From positions 159,216,001-159,280,000 of the forward strand of contig OZ360222.1 of NCBI GenBank assembly GCA_977017645.1: a stretch of DNA of 64,000 nt, given 5' to 3'. This DNA comes from Torpedo marmorata. Its lineage: Eukaryota. The notes under the pieces are model-generated. The model was given only the letters and a program-made list of their open reading frames with translations. It was not told where the DNA came from and did not search any database. Position numbers and translations under genes: made by a program. Numbering within the stretch: the first letter of the stretch is position 1; every line of letters begins with the position of its first letter. Shown one piece after another: positions 36,056-48,485 of this stretch.

Positions 36056-37434
36056 CCTAACTAAGGGTTTTATTTCCTTACTGAGGAGAAATAGACCAGA
36101 AGCAACTTCCAATTCTATCTGCTAAAGGTTCAATGCCAGAGGATTCCTGCATTAAATCTCTAGGTTTTTTTTTTTAAGTGAGCATTTACCATAATAATGA
36201 ATCAATCAAAGAATATTTTGCTTGCAAAAAGGTTTTGGACAAAATCAGTCTCTTTTGAAGTCCTGCATTCAATTTGTGAATCTTCAGCAGTAGTCCCACA
36301 GTGGACCCTGACATCTCTGTTTTGGACCTGTATTCCATGTGACTGAGTTGCAGTGCACATTATAGAAATGTATGCCAGGAAAGCTTAAAGAATCAGTGTT
36401 TGGCTCAGTAGTTCTATTCCACATTCCTCTATTTTTGAAGGTGCTGACTCGCTCTGCAATATCAAACGAACTGCTGCCCTCGGGTATGCAAGCAGATGGC
36501 TGGACATCACGTTTGAACTGTGGCAACTTGGGCAGAAGTCCATACAAGATAAGCCAGGTGGGCATAAACGGGAGCAGGAAAGCCAGCAATTGTGTCCATA
36601 ACTTCCCTCGAATGTAGTCAGCTGTTGCCGTAAATCACTGCAGCCTCTCATGAATGAACCCTTATGGTGCCGAGATGGCATGTAAGAGTCAGTCTTGTTG
36701 CTGTGAGATGAGTAGATCTGGCTAGAATTGGTGATTGCCTTCATTTAGAGGACATCTGTAAACCATGTGAGATTAATGGCAATCCATGTATTCATTTCAT
36801 CAGTGAGAATAGTTTTTTATTTCCAAGTTTATTTAATTAACTGAATGTAAGTTTCCCCAGATGTTGTTTCGGGATAACTGGTTGGAGAATGCAATCGATC
36901 TGCTGCTGCACCACCACTCCCAATTTGCCCAAATAAATGGGCACGTTATTAGCTGCGGCAAGATGGCCTATTCTTGTGGTGGAGGCCACAAGTGACCCAC
37001 ATCCCAAAACGTTTGGAAGAGGGGCTGTGCACATCTGGTTTCCTAATCCCAGTGGTTTTCTCTGTTTTGATCCACGTGTGCTGGAGGTCTTTCCAACCTT
37101 TTGAAGGTACACCAATCTTATTCCCACATACTAGCTGCATTTCCTAATTCTACCTCGAGAGTCACTAGATGATGATTAGGAGTGGGATGCTCAGCTGATC
37201 TTTGTACAATCAAATCTACAGGTGTTGTAGCTAAATGTGTAAAAATGTGTTTAATTGCAGTACAGGAGCTCCCTGGGTTATGGATGATCTGACTTGCAGA
37301 AATCTGACTCGACTCAAATTCTCCTGTAAAGTATTTTTAAAGATGGTGGTGCTCATTAACAGCTGGATGCAGTATATATTCCATTAGTTTAATTATAGGT
37401 AGTGCTGGGATGATTATTCGATGATATTCATTAA

Positions 37435-37688
37435 GGCGGCATGGTTAGCGTAGTGGTTAGCACAACGCTGTTACAGTGAGAGCGACTGGGGTTCGAATCT
37501 AGTGCTGTATGTAAGGAGTTTGTAAATTCTACCCGTGTCTGCATTGGTTTCCTCCGGGTGCTCTGGTTTCCTCCCACCCTTCAAAACGTACTTGGGGTTT
37601 GTAGGGGTTAATTGGGTTTAATTGGGCAGCACGGGCTCGTGGGCCGAAAGGGCCTGCTACTGTGCTGTATGTCTAAATTTAAAAAAAA
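37435..37688 (+). mobile_element. HE1/V-SINE-type SINE
   Basis: Head, V domain and GTATGTCTAAATTTAAAA tail. Confidence 0.9.
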
Positions 37689-40244
37689 CATGTGTATGCA
37701 GTGTGATATGATATGGGTAGCTATGGAAAACTGCTGTCTGCCTTGTGGGAAAAATCAGCGTGTGGACAGTTCCCTGGCATGGACCCTTTTGCGTAACCAA
37801 GAGACGACCTGCGTTTGCAATATGTATCTCTTCTAAGCTGTTGAGATAAAGAATTGGGCTGTGCAGAATGGATACTCGACTGTTGATTTTCCTTTGGGAA
37901 GGTGTTTGCTCTGCTTTAATGGGAAAGAGTCTCGATTGTAGGAGTTCCCAAGATTTTGTCCAATAGGTTGGAATGTTGTGTCTGAGAGGACCAAAGTGCC
38001 GAATTTCATTATTTTTGAATGGGGCTCATTCCTCTTCCTGAGCACCACTGGAGAGTTGGGAGGCAGGGAATTAATCCCACTGAGGCCTCGAGAGGTATCT
38101 CAGTGATTGTGTGTTCAGCCAGGCTTTATCAACTGCTCCCTTCACTCATTTACCCAACTCCTTTTGCTCCACCTGTTTGGCAGCTCTCTCAGCTGCTGAG
38201 TCCCATCTTTGGGAAGGGGCTTGTTAATTCATTCAAGAATTGAAGTTGTCTGTGATCCATAAATCAGCATCTTTTACTCGGACTCTTCTCTGTCTCTCGT
38301 ACATTGTGGGGGGAGGTATGAATTGTGGACGGTCTTTTGCTGTGCGTACTGCCTTAATGCAAGAAAAATAGCTGTTGCTCATGGATTAATATTCAATTTA
38401 CAACAGGCATGCATTAAAATTCAAGGATTTGGCTGTGGTGAAATTAGCAAATATAATAATGACCCATTGTAAACCATTCGATGGTTTTTCTAGAGAGCTA
38501 ATCAGAACAGACTTAGCCCTGTCAGATTTTGTTAATCTCTGATGGAAACATTGATGTGTTCAACAAGTCTGTTGATTGTCAGGCTTTGAGCAAACTGCAT
38601 CAAACACAACTTGTACATCAATGGCCATTAAAAAGCCTGGCCTTGAAACGATGACAGCACCATGACTGTGAGGGCTCCACTAACGTCTGCCGATGGGCAG
38701 GTCACATAAGAAAGAAAAGATAACCAAAGGTGGGTTAGGATTAGGGAATTCAGTGCGCTGAGAGTTGAGGGAAATGAACAGATAGCTCATTGCTATTTTT
38801 TTGCTGTAAATAGCTATAGTTAGTATTTTTACTTCAAAAAGATTTCTGATGCTCTGCAGCCATTGTTAAGTGAAATGGATTTGATCTGAGTAAAGAAAAT
38901 GCTTCTGATCCACAATTGTCACGCCTAACAGCACACAATGCTGTAGTCTTATCTGCTGAAGTTTGACTTCACTTCCTGGTTCATCTTCACTGTTCTCTGA
39001 TTCTGTCCCTTCCAATGGGGTGGTTCCATACTCGTATGTCTTGTGTCTTTATCCACATCTGGGGATTGCAGAGTTCTCCACCCTCTCCTTTCTATTTTCT
39101 ACACGCATCTCTCCTTCCCAGATTCCTCCAGTTTTCACCCACCAACCTCCACATTACACAATTCTTCCTTTCCCAGTCCTTAATGCATTCAGCCCCAACA
39201 TCCACACGCCTTGTGGCATCTTTTTTGTCCACCAACAAGCGACGCATTTCCTGCTCTTTTACTCTTCCCTTCATTTTGTCCAGGTCCCAGACCCTCTCCC
39301 ATGTGAAACTGAAATTTAATTTTTTTTTCAGAGCTGCTGTTGTGATCTTCTCCACACTGGTGGGGACTGTGCAGATTGGTGAGCACCCCAAGTTTGATCC
39401 TGAATTTCTAGTCCTTTTATTTGCTGCACTGATTCTCCCTGCTCTCAGACCCTACATTATTCTGAGGAAGGTCAAGGAGTGTAGCTTCATCTTTTGAAAA
39501 GCCACCTTAAGATGCTTGGACTCCATGTTTTCAGTTCATCAACTTCAGATCATGAATATTTCCTCTAATTTTTTCCAGACAGTAATGGCTATTCCCATGT
39601 ACACATAAATGCTTTCTTATTCCATTGTGATCCTTCCTTCCATTCACATCTGCATGAGCAACATTTCATCTCTCCAGCCTATTGGCAGTACATCATTAGC
39701 TTTCATAAGCAGTGGCTTTGGATCACAGATGACTTCCTTCCACTCCAGTTTTGTGGGTTATGAGGTGGTTATTGAAGCCAGTGTAGGAATCACAGACCCT
39801 TGGCTTCAGCCTTTGAGCACGTTATGGAATCTCTTCCTCTGCCCACCCTGTGCTGCTCAACTCCACTTCTCTCCATATCCTGCACTTCTGTTTTATTATT
39901 GCATTACCTGCTGTACTTTGCCATGGGTTGACTTACCTGGATAGCACGTGAAACAGTCTTTTTCATTTTATCTTGCTACATGTGACAATAATTCAATTTG
40001 GCTGGTAGCCTCCACTCTTGATAGTGCTCAGAATAATGCGTCTGCTTCAGGAGTCTGCTGGTGGGTGCGCAGACGAGGCCTACACAATGTAGTCAGCTGA
40101 GTACAACTTCCATACGAGCGACGATAGCCAGAGAGAGGACAACTGATGCTGCTTTCTACCAGTGAATGTATAGAATTCGGAACATGTAGGAGTGCAAATG
40201 TTTTGTACCAGGTCTGAGGTCTTCATCTTTAAATATAAATTTTT

Positions 40245-40487
40245 AAAAATTTAGACATAAAGCAGAGTAACAGGCCCTTCCGGCCCACGAGCCCGTGCCC
40301 CCCAAATACCCCAATTAACCTACAATCCCTGTACGTTTTGGAGTGGGAGGAAACCTGAGTACCCAGAGGAAACCCACGCAGACATGGGGAGAATATACAA
40401 ACTCTTTACAGACAGCGCCGGATTCGAACCCATGTCTCTGGTGCTGTAATAGCATTGCACTAACTGCTACGTTAACCGGGCCTCCCA
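40245..40487 (-). mobile_element. HE1/V-SINE-type SINE
   Basis: Reverse complement of the same family. Confidence 0.9.
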
Positions 40488-42273
40488 AACTATCATTTTC
40501 TTTCATCTACCAAAGACCATGGCACATTGAAGGCAAGTAGGCAATGGTGAATTTCATCAATGTTTTTCTTCACTGAAAGATGGCTCTTGAGAAGTGGCAA
40601 GTGGTCTACAATTTCTGGAGTCATGCATGAACTTGTTTGGCAGGAAGACAGTGTTGTGTAACAGAGCAGGTGGGTAGAGGACATTGGTTAAGTGCAAGAC
40701 CATTAATTCATCTGCTTCATTGATAGAGTTGATGATGGCTTGGAGCTTTGCTCCTGAGTGTGCACAAACACAAGGCCTCATCTGCACACTGCAGCTCAAC
40801 CACTGAGGTTTGGGTAACCTTGGTTCTGGACTATCTTCACCATAGGTTGAAGAGTTTCCCAATAGCTCTGAAGATCAACTCCACTTCTACGGGAAGTTTG
40901 TTCAGTGTGAGCTGCCCCATTGTAGCAAACAATATTGTAATAAGTTGGGGTAATGATACTGCTTTTTTTTTTCACCCAATTTTCACAAATATTAAGAGCA
41001 CAGTTTGCATGCGGTCACAGGGAAACTGTAAAATGGAGGCAAATTTCTGTGAGCAGCTTGAGTAGGATATTCCAAAGTCCTTCTGATTGATGGAGCTAAA
41101 GACTTTAATGTTTTAAAGTAGAGCTCAGTGCTGCTCCCTGCATTTGTCTTGGAACTCGTCAGTCAGTGAGTTGGTGGGGTGGAATGTATGATTATTTGTC
41201 TTGTGAACAACAAACAAGAGTCTATTGAAAGAGCAGAAACAAAACGATAGCAACTTCTCATGAAAGTAGCATTTTTTTCCCCTAGAAAAGCCACATAGTG
41301 GAGAATAGATCTGGTCACCTCGCAGCCTGGCCATAACACTGTCACTATATCTGATTTTTTTTTCTCTCTCTCTCTCCCTTTACTCTGCTTTAGTACTTCT
41401 GAAAATTTGTCAGAGTTCATTTGACTTGAAGCATTTAACTTTTTGCTCTTCACTGACAATGTCTCAACTATAGTTTACTCATTTTTTTCTTTGGATTTCA
41501 AACATTAGAATTTTAGTTGTAATTTTTGAGATTTTTTTGTATTTTAATGAATTGCATTGAGTCATCTTATTTAGAAAACATACTGCAGTTGTTTCAGTAC
41601 ATTTTGTTACAAGCTACTGATGGCAATAGGCATTTAAAAGAAATGTCTGCGCCGTAACCTTGTTTGGTGAATACATTTTCTGATGCAAGAAAGAATTAGT
41701 GAATGTAGTCTTGTTCTAAAGATTCCATGTGGAATTCTGCTTTTTTCCCCACTAAGCTTGTTCTTCAATTTGACGTTTCTGTAAAAAGTGCAAGGTTTTT
41801 AAATGAATAACATTTGAAAGGAAGTGCCATATATTTTCGGGTAATACAATTTTTTGTGATGCAAATTGCAGCAGTCGCAAAGATTATTATGGGAATTTCA
41901 ACTGGCGCCTAGCCTTGTTGATTGAATTAGGCTAAGCCAGACATTAATTAGAGAACTCCAGAGACTGGAGAACACTTTGCTTTCTAAATGGTGGGAGTGA
42001 AAATGGTACCATTGTAGTTAGCTAATGAACTGTGCTCTCAGACAATGGTAAATATACTTTATTGGGCTATTTAAATTTTACTGTCGAGTTAATATATAAA
42101 ATGGCAATGTTTTCTTCCTGATTTCCAGTGTTTATAAAGAGATGAAAAGTTACAAACACTGCTATAATGTTTCAATAAGTTTTTGCTTTTTGGGTAAGAT
42201 TTTAAGCTCTTGAATTTTAAAGACTTGGGGTCCCCAGCCTTGGGGAATTCATTCACTGGGCACTGGAGATACA

Positions 42274-43040
42274 CTCGGCGGTGTGAAAAGGCCTTGTATG
42301 TGGGCAAACCGTCCGATTTCCCGGGAATTTACCTGGAAAACGTGCAGTCTGAAAAGGCCCAACCTTGCATGGCAGGTCAAAATCGACCGGGCTCCGAGAC
42401 CTAGTCGGGGGTACTCTTGGAGCCCGGACGAGTTAACCCGGCAACCGTCTTCTGGCGGTCTGAAAAAGCAAATGGCTTACCTGGTAACATTACTGACGTC
42501 AGCGCTTGCGTCACATAAAACCCATAACAATAGAAATAAGAGATACAACAATATAAATGTTACTTTAATGATGCCAAAGGGAACTAAGCCACAATATTAA
42601 AAGTATTTTAAAATTGAAAAACTTGTAGCTTACTGAGATCAAAAAACAACGGGCCCGCTCAGGGTGGCAGTGGCTCAATGCGGGATCAATGGCCATCTTC
42701 GTTACCCATAATCCCCCACGCAGCTGGAACCGCTCTGCGTTTCCCTGGCACTGGCAAAGTGGCAGAGCGGTTCCAGCTGCATGGGGGATTATGGGTAATG
42801 AAGACGGCTATTGATCTCGCATTGAGCCGCCACCGCCCTGAGCGGGCCCGTTGTTTTTGAAACATTTCCTGTGAGTGCATAACGCGGCCCTCACATCATC
42901 ATCGTTGGAGGCGGGTCCGCCCTTAAAATGCCTGGTTGCTACTTCACCTGGTAAATTAGGCTACGGTCTGAAAGAACCCAGAGGTCCAGGTTTCCCTGGA
43001 ACTTTTCCCGGGACACGATGTCGGCGGTGTGAAAAGGCCT
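42274..43040. mobile_element. Harbinger-like MITE with internal 220-bp hairpin (copy 1, left TIR flipped)
   Basis: Inverted near-identical copy at 46396-47167; TIR AGGCCTTTTCACACCGCCGA; 3-bp ACA flanks; hairpin 42641-42858. Confidence 0.85.
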
Positions 43041-43138
43041 ACAGAGATGCCAGGGATGATTCCTGGGCTCCACTGAGGCAGCTGCCCACAGCCAGGGACC
43101 AGCACGTGTCCGCAGTTAACCTTTTCCTCTGGGTAATA

Positions 43139-43414
43139 CAGTGAAACCCCGTTATAACGCGATCGTTGAGGTCCATAAAAATCTCATCGCGAAAAAAGCG
43201 GGGTCGCGCTAAATCGAGGTTTCACTGTATTTCCCTGTTTAATTTGCATACCTACATCATTTCCATTTCTCCTTTATTTGGAACATCCCAGTTATTCTGT
43301 ATGCATTTTAAATTAATCCGGGAGCCTGACGTCCCCGACGCCTGAGTTCAATGACTCATCGCGTTATATCCAAATTCGCGTTAAATCGGGGCGCGTAAAA
43401 TCGGGGTTTCACCA
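43139..43414. mobile_element. Tigger-like composite MITE (copy 2, inverted relative to 8052-8335)
   Basis: TA-flanked CAGTGAAACCCCG TIRs; direct similarity to copy 1. Confidence 0.88.
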
Positions 43415-43419
43415 TATGG

Positions 43420-44492
43420 AGAGAGAGATATTTGGTTAAGATTGATGCTTCTAAATCATCAATCTTCTTGCAAGGTTGACGTCGGGCAAGGACAGGTGAT
43501 AACCTTATAGTAAGGAGGCAGAGAGTAGTAGTGCAAGATATTTTTCTTATTCGAGGCCTGTGTCCAATGGTGTGCTGCTGGGGTCAGTACTGGGTCTTCA
43601 GCTGTTTGCCAGACAAATTGTTCATATGTTAACTTGATTGGTAAATGTGCAGATGACGCCAAAATTAGTTGTGTAGTGAGGAAGGATATCTTAAATTTGC
43701 AGCAGGATTTAGATCAGTTCAAGAGGTGTGGCAAATTGAATTTAACTCTGTCAAGTGTGAAGTGTTACACTTTGGTAAGGACATAACAAGGTGAATGGCA
43801 AGGCCCTGGGGAGTGTTGTAAACAGAGAGACCTAGGGGTATATGTGTATAGTTCCTTGAAGGTGGCAATTTGGGTGGATAAGTTGGTGAAGGCATTTGGC
43901 ATGCTGGCCTTCATTGGGTGGAGTATTCAGTACAAAAGTTAGGATTCAGCTATACAAAGTGTTGGTGAGACCACACTTGGAGTACTATGTGCAGTTCTAG
44001 GCAGGACATCAATAAATTGGAAGGGGTGCAGAGGAGATTCACCAGGATGTTGCTGGGAACTGGAGGGCTTGAGTTATGGGGAAAGGTTGGGTCTTTATTC
44101 GCTGGAGCGAAGGAGGTTGAGGAGTGATCTTAGAGGTTTACAAAGTCACGAGGGGCATGGATAAAGTGAATGCTCGGTATTTTTCCGAGGGTAGATGATT
44201 CCAGAACTAGAGGGCAAAAGTTTAAGCTGAGAGGGGGAAGATGCAGGAAGGACCTGAGAGGCAATTTAAAACATATATTTATTTATTTATTTTTTCTCTC
44301 TGAGGGTTGTCCTTATCTGGAATGAGCTGCCAGAGGAAACTAGATGTGGGCACTATAACCACATTTAGAAGACAGTTGGACAGATTTATGGATGAGGGGG
44401 TTATGGCAGGCAGATAGATGAGTCCAGAATACCATTCTGGTCGGCATAGATTAGTTGGCCCACAGGGCCTGTTCTATGCTGTACGACTCTCT
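43420..44492 (+). mobile_element. Degenerate CR1 LINE (RT C-terminal half and tail)
   Basis: GV..GSVLG, ADDAK, KCEVLHFG, LVRPHLEYYVQF, QRRFTRML remnants; GGGCCTGTTCTATGCTGTACGACTCT tail. Confidence 0.85.
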
Positions 44493-45566
44493 GAGAATGG
44501 CCATTTCGCTATTATCAGCAGAGTGGCCTGTCTCTCGAACGCTCTTAGGAGGCTGTGGCTGTGACTTGAAGGACCATTATCTGTGGAGTTCAGTACCGTT
44601 TCCAGCAATTGTTGTGTGTGTGAATGGACCCAAGAAGGGAGTCTTCGAGCAATCAGTGCATTGCCTGGAGAGTGCTTGGGCCTTCTGGCTACAGGCTGTT
44701 TAGGGTGAGCAAGATTGAATACAATGCAACTTTTATCAAAGCTGGCACTTCACATGTTTAACAATAACTGACATTTTTGCAAAACCCCACTGTGTTTTGT
44801 GTACAAAGGATTAAGTACTGAGTTTAGTAAAATGGGCTCTGGGAAATGTTATATTGATAATTAGAGTGCAAGGATTTCAAAGTTCCCATTTTTGATTTAG
44901 CAGCAAAATTACTGATGATGCTTTGAAGTGGTGTTTAACAGCTTGCAGGAGAGTCTGGATTCAAGTTAACAGTTGCTTATCTTGCACAAAATACAGTTGC
45001 TTAGCATTAACCCTTTTTTATCTTTAGTTGGATTTCAGTGTCCTGATTTTATTTTAAACCCAAGTTTTCTCTCCCCCACCCCCCCCCTCCCAAAAGTGGC
45101 TTTTGGTGTCACGTTTGCACACCCCCAACACTTGGAGTCTCCCTGACAACCGCCCACGCCACCTGATAAACATTCTCCACTTGTAGCTTGCCTCTAAAGA
45201 GAAGCACCAAGTCTGCAAAAATGACTGTGGCATGAAAGGGTGAGGAGAAAACGGTGAGTATTCATTTGCATAAACACAATGCTGGAATTTTTGTTTTGGA
45301 ATGACTACAACCTCTCTACCATTGTAGTTTTGAGGACTGTATAACATGATGCCAAGTTAGAAGAGAATCTTAGTGAATGAATTCATTTATTCCTTCATTC
45401 TCCTGCCTGCCACTTGGCACAAGTGTGCTCCATTCAGAAAAGGACAGAGGCTCCAGCTTTTGATCCTAATGTGGACAAGCAGCTCATAGTAACACAACCA
45501 ACATTTGTAGAGATCTCTGAAGTTGAGGTACTAACATCAATGCTGTGCCTTGCAAAAGCTTGCTTA

Positions 45567-45816
45567 AGCCCCTTTTACACAGAGCTTGAAAGCCAGGATT
45601 TATCTGCCTTTCGAACGCTGTGTGAAGGAATCGCAAGGTGGATTGGGGGGGTCTAGACTTACCCGTCTTCGATCCACCCAGGTAGGTAGTCTCAGCAGTG
45701 GAGCGTATTTGACTCATGGAGCTGGCTTTTTTCAGTTCTGTGTGAACACGCAAGCCGGCTTCCTAAGACAGGTCATGTCTACGGGAGTACCGCGGCTTTG
45801 CAGTATAAAAGGGGCT
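45567..45816. mobile_element. Harbinger-like MITE
   Basis: TIRs AGCCCCTTTTACAC / GTATAAAAGGGGCT with TTA duplicated on both sides. Confidence 0.8.
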
Positions 45817-46395
45817 TTAGTATAAATGGGCAAAGCACTCCAATCAGGGCATGCCAAGTCTGCGTAGCAAAACAAGCTGGTGCTGCATAACAGCTGCTGT
45901 TCTGGGACCTTACAGCTATTTATAGCCTCTGATTCCTCTGTCCTTCTCCAGGGTAATTTTAGCTTTCTGAGTAAGGTGTGCGTGTCACAGTAACATCAGG
46001 AAAGTGAGGACACAGACCATCCTCGAGAAAGGAAATTCATCAAATTGCAGTAGCTACAGCAGGTTTCCCTGCTCTGTTGTGGAGATTGCTCACCAGGGTT
46101 CTCCTCGAGAGCCTTTCCTGTGGAAAAGAGCTCTGTCCTGAATCACAGCCAGTGATGACCTGGATCTTCTGATTCCATGTCTGCATGTGTGCAAATCTCC
46201 TTTGTGCACTGCAGCCCAATAACTGAGGTCAGAGTGACCTTGGTTCTTCAGTGAAGGTTCAATAGTTTCCTTATTTTATTTCTGTAAATTGGCTCATCTC
46301 CAGCAGAAAGCTAATTGAGGAGGGTTGCAACAATAGGATGAGAAAGAACATTGCTTGACCCTACTCTGAATTGGGATCTCTTGGTTGGAATCATT

Positions 46396-47167
46396 AGGCA
46401 TTTTCAGACCGCCGACATCTTGTGTCCCGGGAAAAGTTCCAACGAAGCCTGGACCTCCAGGTTCTTTCAGACTGCAGCGTAACTTACCTGGAGAAGTAGC
46501 AACCAGGCAATTTAAGGGCGGTCCTGCCTCCAACGATGACGATGCGAGTGACGCGTTACGCACTCACAGGAAATGTTTCAAAAAACAACAGGCCCGCTCA
46601 GGGCGGTGGCTCAATGCGAGATCAATGGCCGTCTTCGTTATCCATAATCCACCACGCAGCTGGAACCACTCTGCCTCTTTGCCAGTGCCAGGGAAACGCA
46701 GAGCGGTTCCAGCTGCGTGGGGGATTATGGGTAACAAAGACGGCCATTGATCCCGCATTGAGCCGCCGCCGCCCTGAGCGGGCCCGTTGTTTTTTGATCT
46801 CAGTAAGCTACAAGTTTTTCAATTTTAAAATACTTTTAATATTGTGGCTTAGGTCCCTTTGCCATCATTAAAGTAACATTTATATTGTATCTCTTATTTC
46901 TATTTTTATGGGTTTTATGTGACGCAAGCACGCGGGCGCTGACATCAATAATATTACTGGGTGAGCCATTTGCTTTTTCAGACCGCCAGAGGACGGCTGC
47001 CGGGTTAACTCGGCCGGGCTCCGAGAGTACCCCCTAGTAGGTCTCGGAGCCTGGTCGATTTTAACCTGTCATGCCATGTTGGGCCTTTTCAGACTGGACA
47101 TTTTACAGGTAAGTTCCCGGGAAATCGGACGGTCTGCCCACATGAACTCGGCTGTGTGAAAAGGCCT
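46396..47167. mobile_element. Harbinger-like MITE with internal hairpin (copy 2)
   Basis: TIRs AGGCATTTTCAGACCGCCGA / TCGGCTGTGTGAAAAGGCCT; flanks ATT/AGT; hairpin about 46580-46796. Confidence 0.87.
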
Positions 47168-47924
47168 AGTGAGTACAAAGGCATGATTTTCATCATGTGA
47201 CAACTAAGGAAATGCAGCAGCAATAACTAAGTGACCTTTAGCAGTCTTTGATTCTGTATTACATTGGGACTGCACAAATCCTTCTTGACTTTAGTCTTTA
47301 GAAATATCTGCGAAATGACAGTATTACATCCATAATTCTAGTCAGCAGTTGGTTTACTCTTTCGCCTGATTAAAGATCAATAAAAAATGGTTTAACCGGT
47401 GAGCATATTGGAAATGTTAATGCCAAACCCTCAGCCTTTCACTCACTTTGCAGGTCCAGATTTTGCTTGAAATATTTAAATGAGATCTCATTCCAGTGCT
47501 TCTGCAATTCTTAGAAATGGCTTCAGAACAAAAGCCCCTCAATATAAAATGGATATTCAAGTTGCTATGTGCTGTCTTATTTGGGAGTACGTCAATGCTA
47601 AGACTCTTTAGTTTGTTGTCCCAGCTCTTAGAGTTTTACTTTTTGGCCCTTTTTCCCCCCATGTCTGCACACAGTTGCTGCATTTTGTTGTTTTGAGCCA
47701 AGTGTTTTGGCAGTCTTTTTTTGGAACATACAATTATTTTCAGAGGTTGCCCTGTGGGAGACCTGCTTTGCTTGATGTTTATTTGAAAGTAGAAAAAGAG
47801 CAGCCTGAACTGTCAGCTGTTCAGAGTGTGTTGGGAATGGCCAGGGCTGCACTCCTTCACATTACTTTTTTCATGGATTTACAGTTTGATGTCTTTCCTT
47901 TGACATTCAAGGCAAGGGAAGCTG

Positions 47925-48130
47925 GAGTGAGGAGATTTGATAGAGGTGTACAAATCTTGACTGCATTGAAGTGTTCCTGTTAACTGAGAGGTGGAGAGGG
48001 TTGGTGTGGCATAAGATCCTTGAGTGTTGTGAAGAAAAAACTTTTTTAATACAGTGAGCAGTTGTGATTTGGAATGATGTACTGAATGCAGGTTTGATTG
48101 TGGTTCTCTAAAGAGAATTGGATAATTTTT
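47925..48130 (+). mobile_element. Old CR1 3' remnant
   Basis: L.GDLIEVYKI and FF..Q..V.IWN remnants. Confidence 0.55.
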
Positions 48131-48485
48131 TTTTTTAAAAGGTAGGTCAATTCTTCCTTGACGTCATCTAGGCAGCACTTGCTTTCCAACAACTCTCCCT
48201 AATGCACAGATTAGTTATGCTATCTCCACACTTTTCACTCTATTCCATGTTATGCAAGGAACTTGCATTCCCTGGACTATATTTGCAAAGATGTGGTATC
48301 TATGCAAAGATTCAGAATCAGTTTTAAAGCCAAACAAAATGTGTCCTCAGATGCAGCTATTTAATTTTAATTGGACTTTTCCTTTCAAGTTTACTCCAGA
48401 TCCTTTATTAGCAGCCCTTTAAAGGCACATTAGAAACTAGTCCACATTAACCCAATTTTCTGCAAAAACTGCTGATGCCACCACT

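Noticed and set aside
37261-37328. Tiny TA-flanked CAGGAG...CTCCTG Tigger-like remnant
   Set aside because: Only 6-bp TIR match; too short to support a call
45803-45826. TATA boxes TATAAAAGGGG and TATAAAT
   Set aside because: The first is part of the right TIR of a Harbinger-like MITE with TTA TSD; no support for a promoter at the second
42678-46871. Duplicated small genes (MRDQWPSS..., EAGPPL.CLVATSPGKL...) on both strands
   Set aside because: Artefact of palindromic MITE copies
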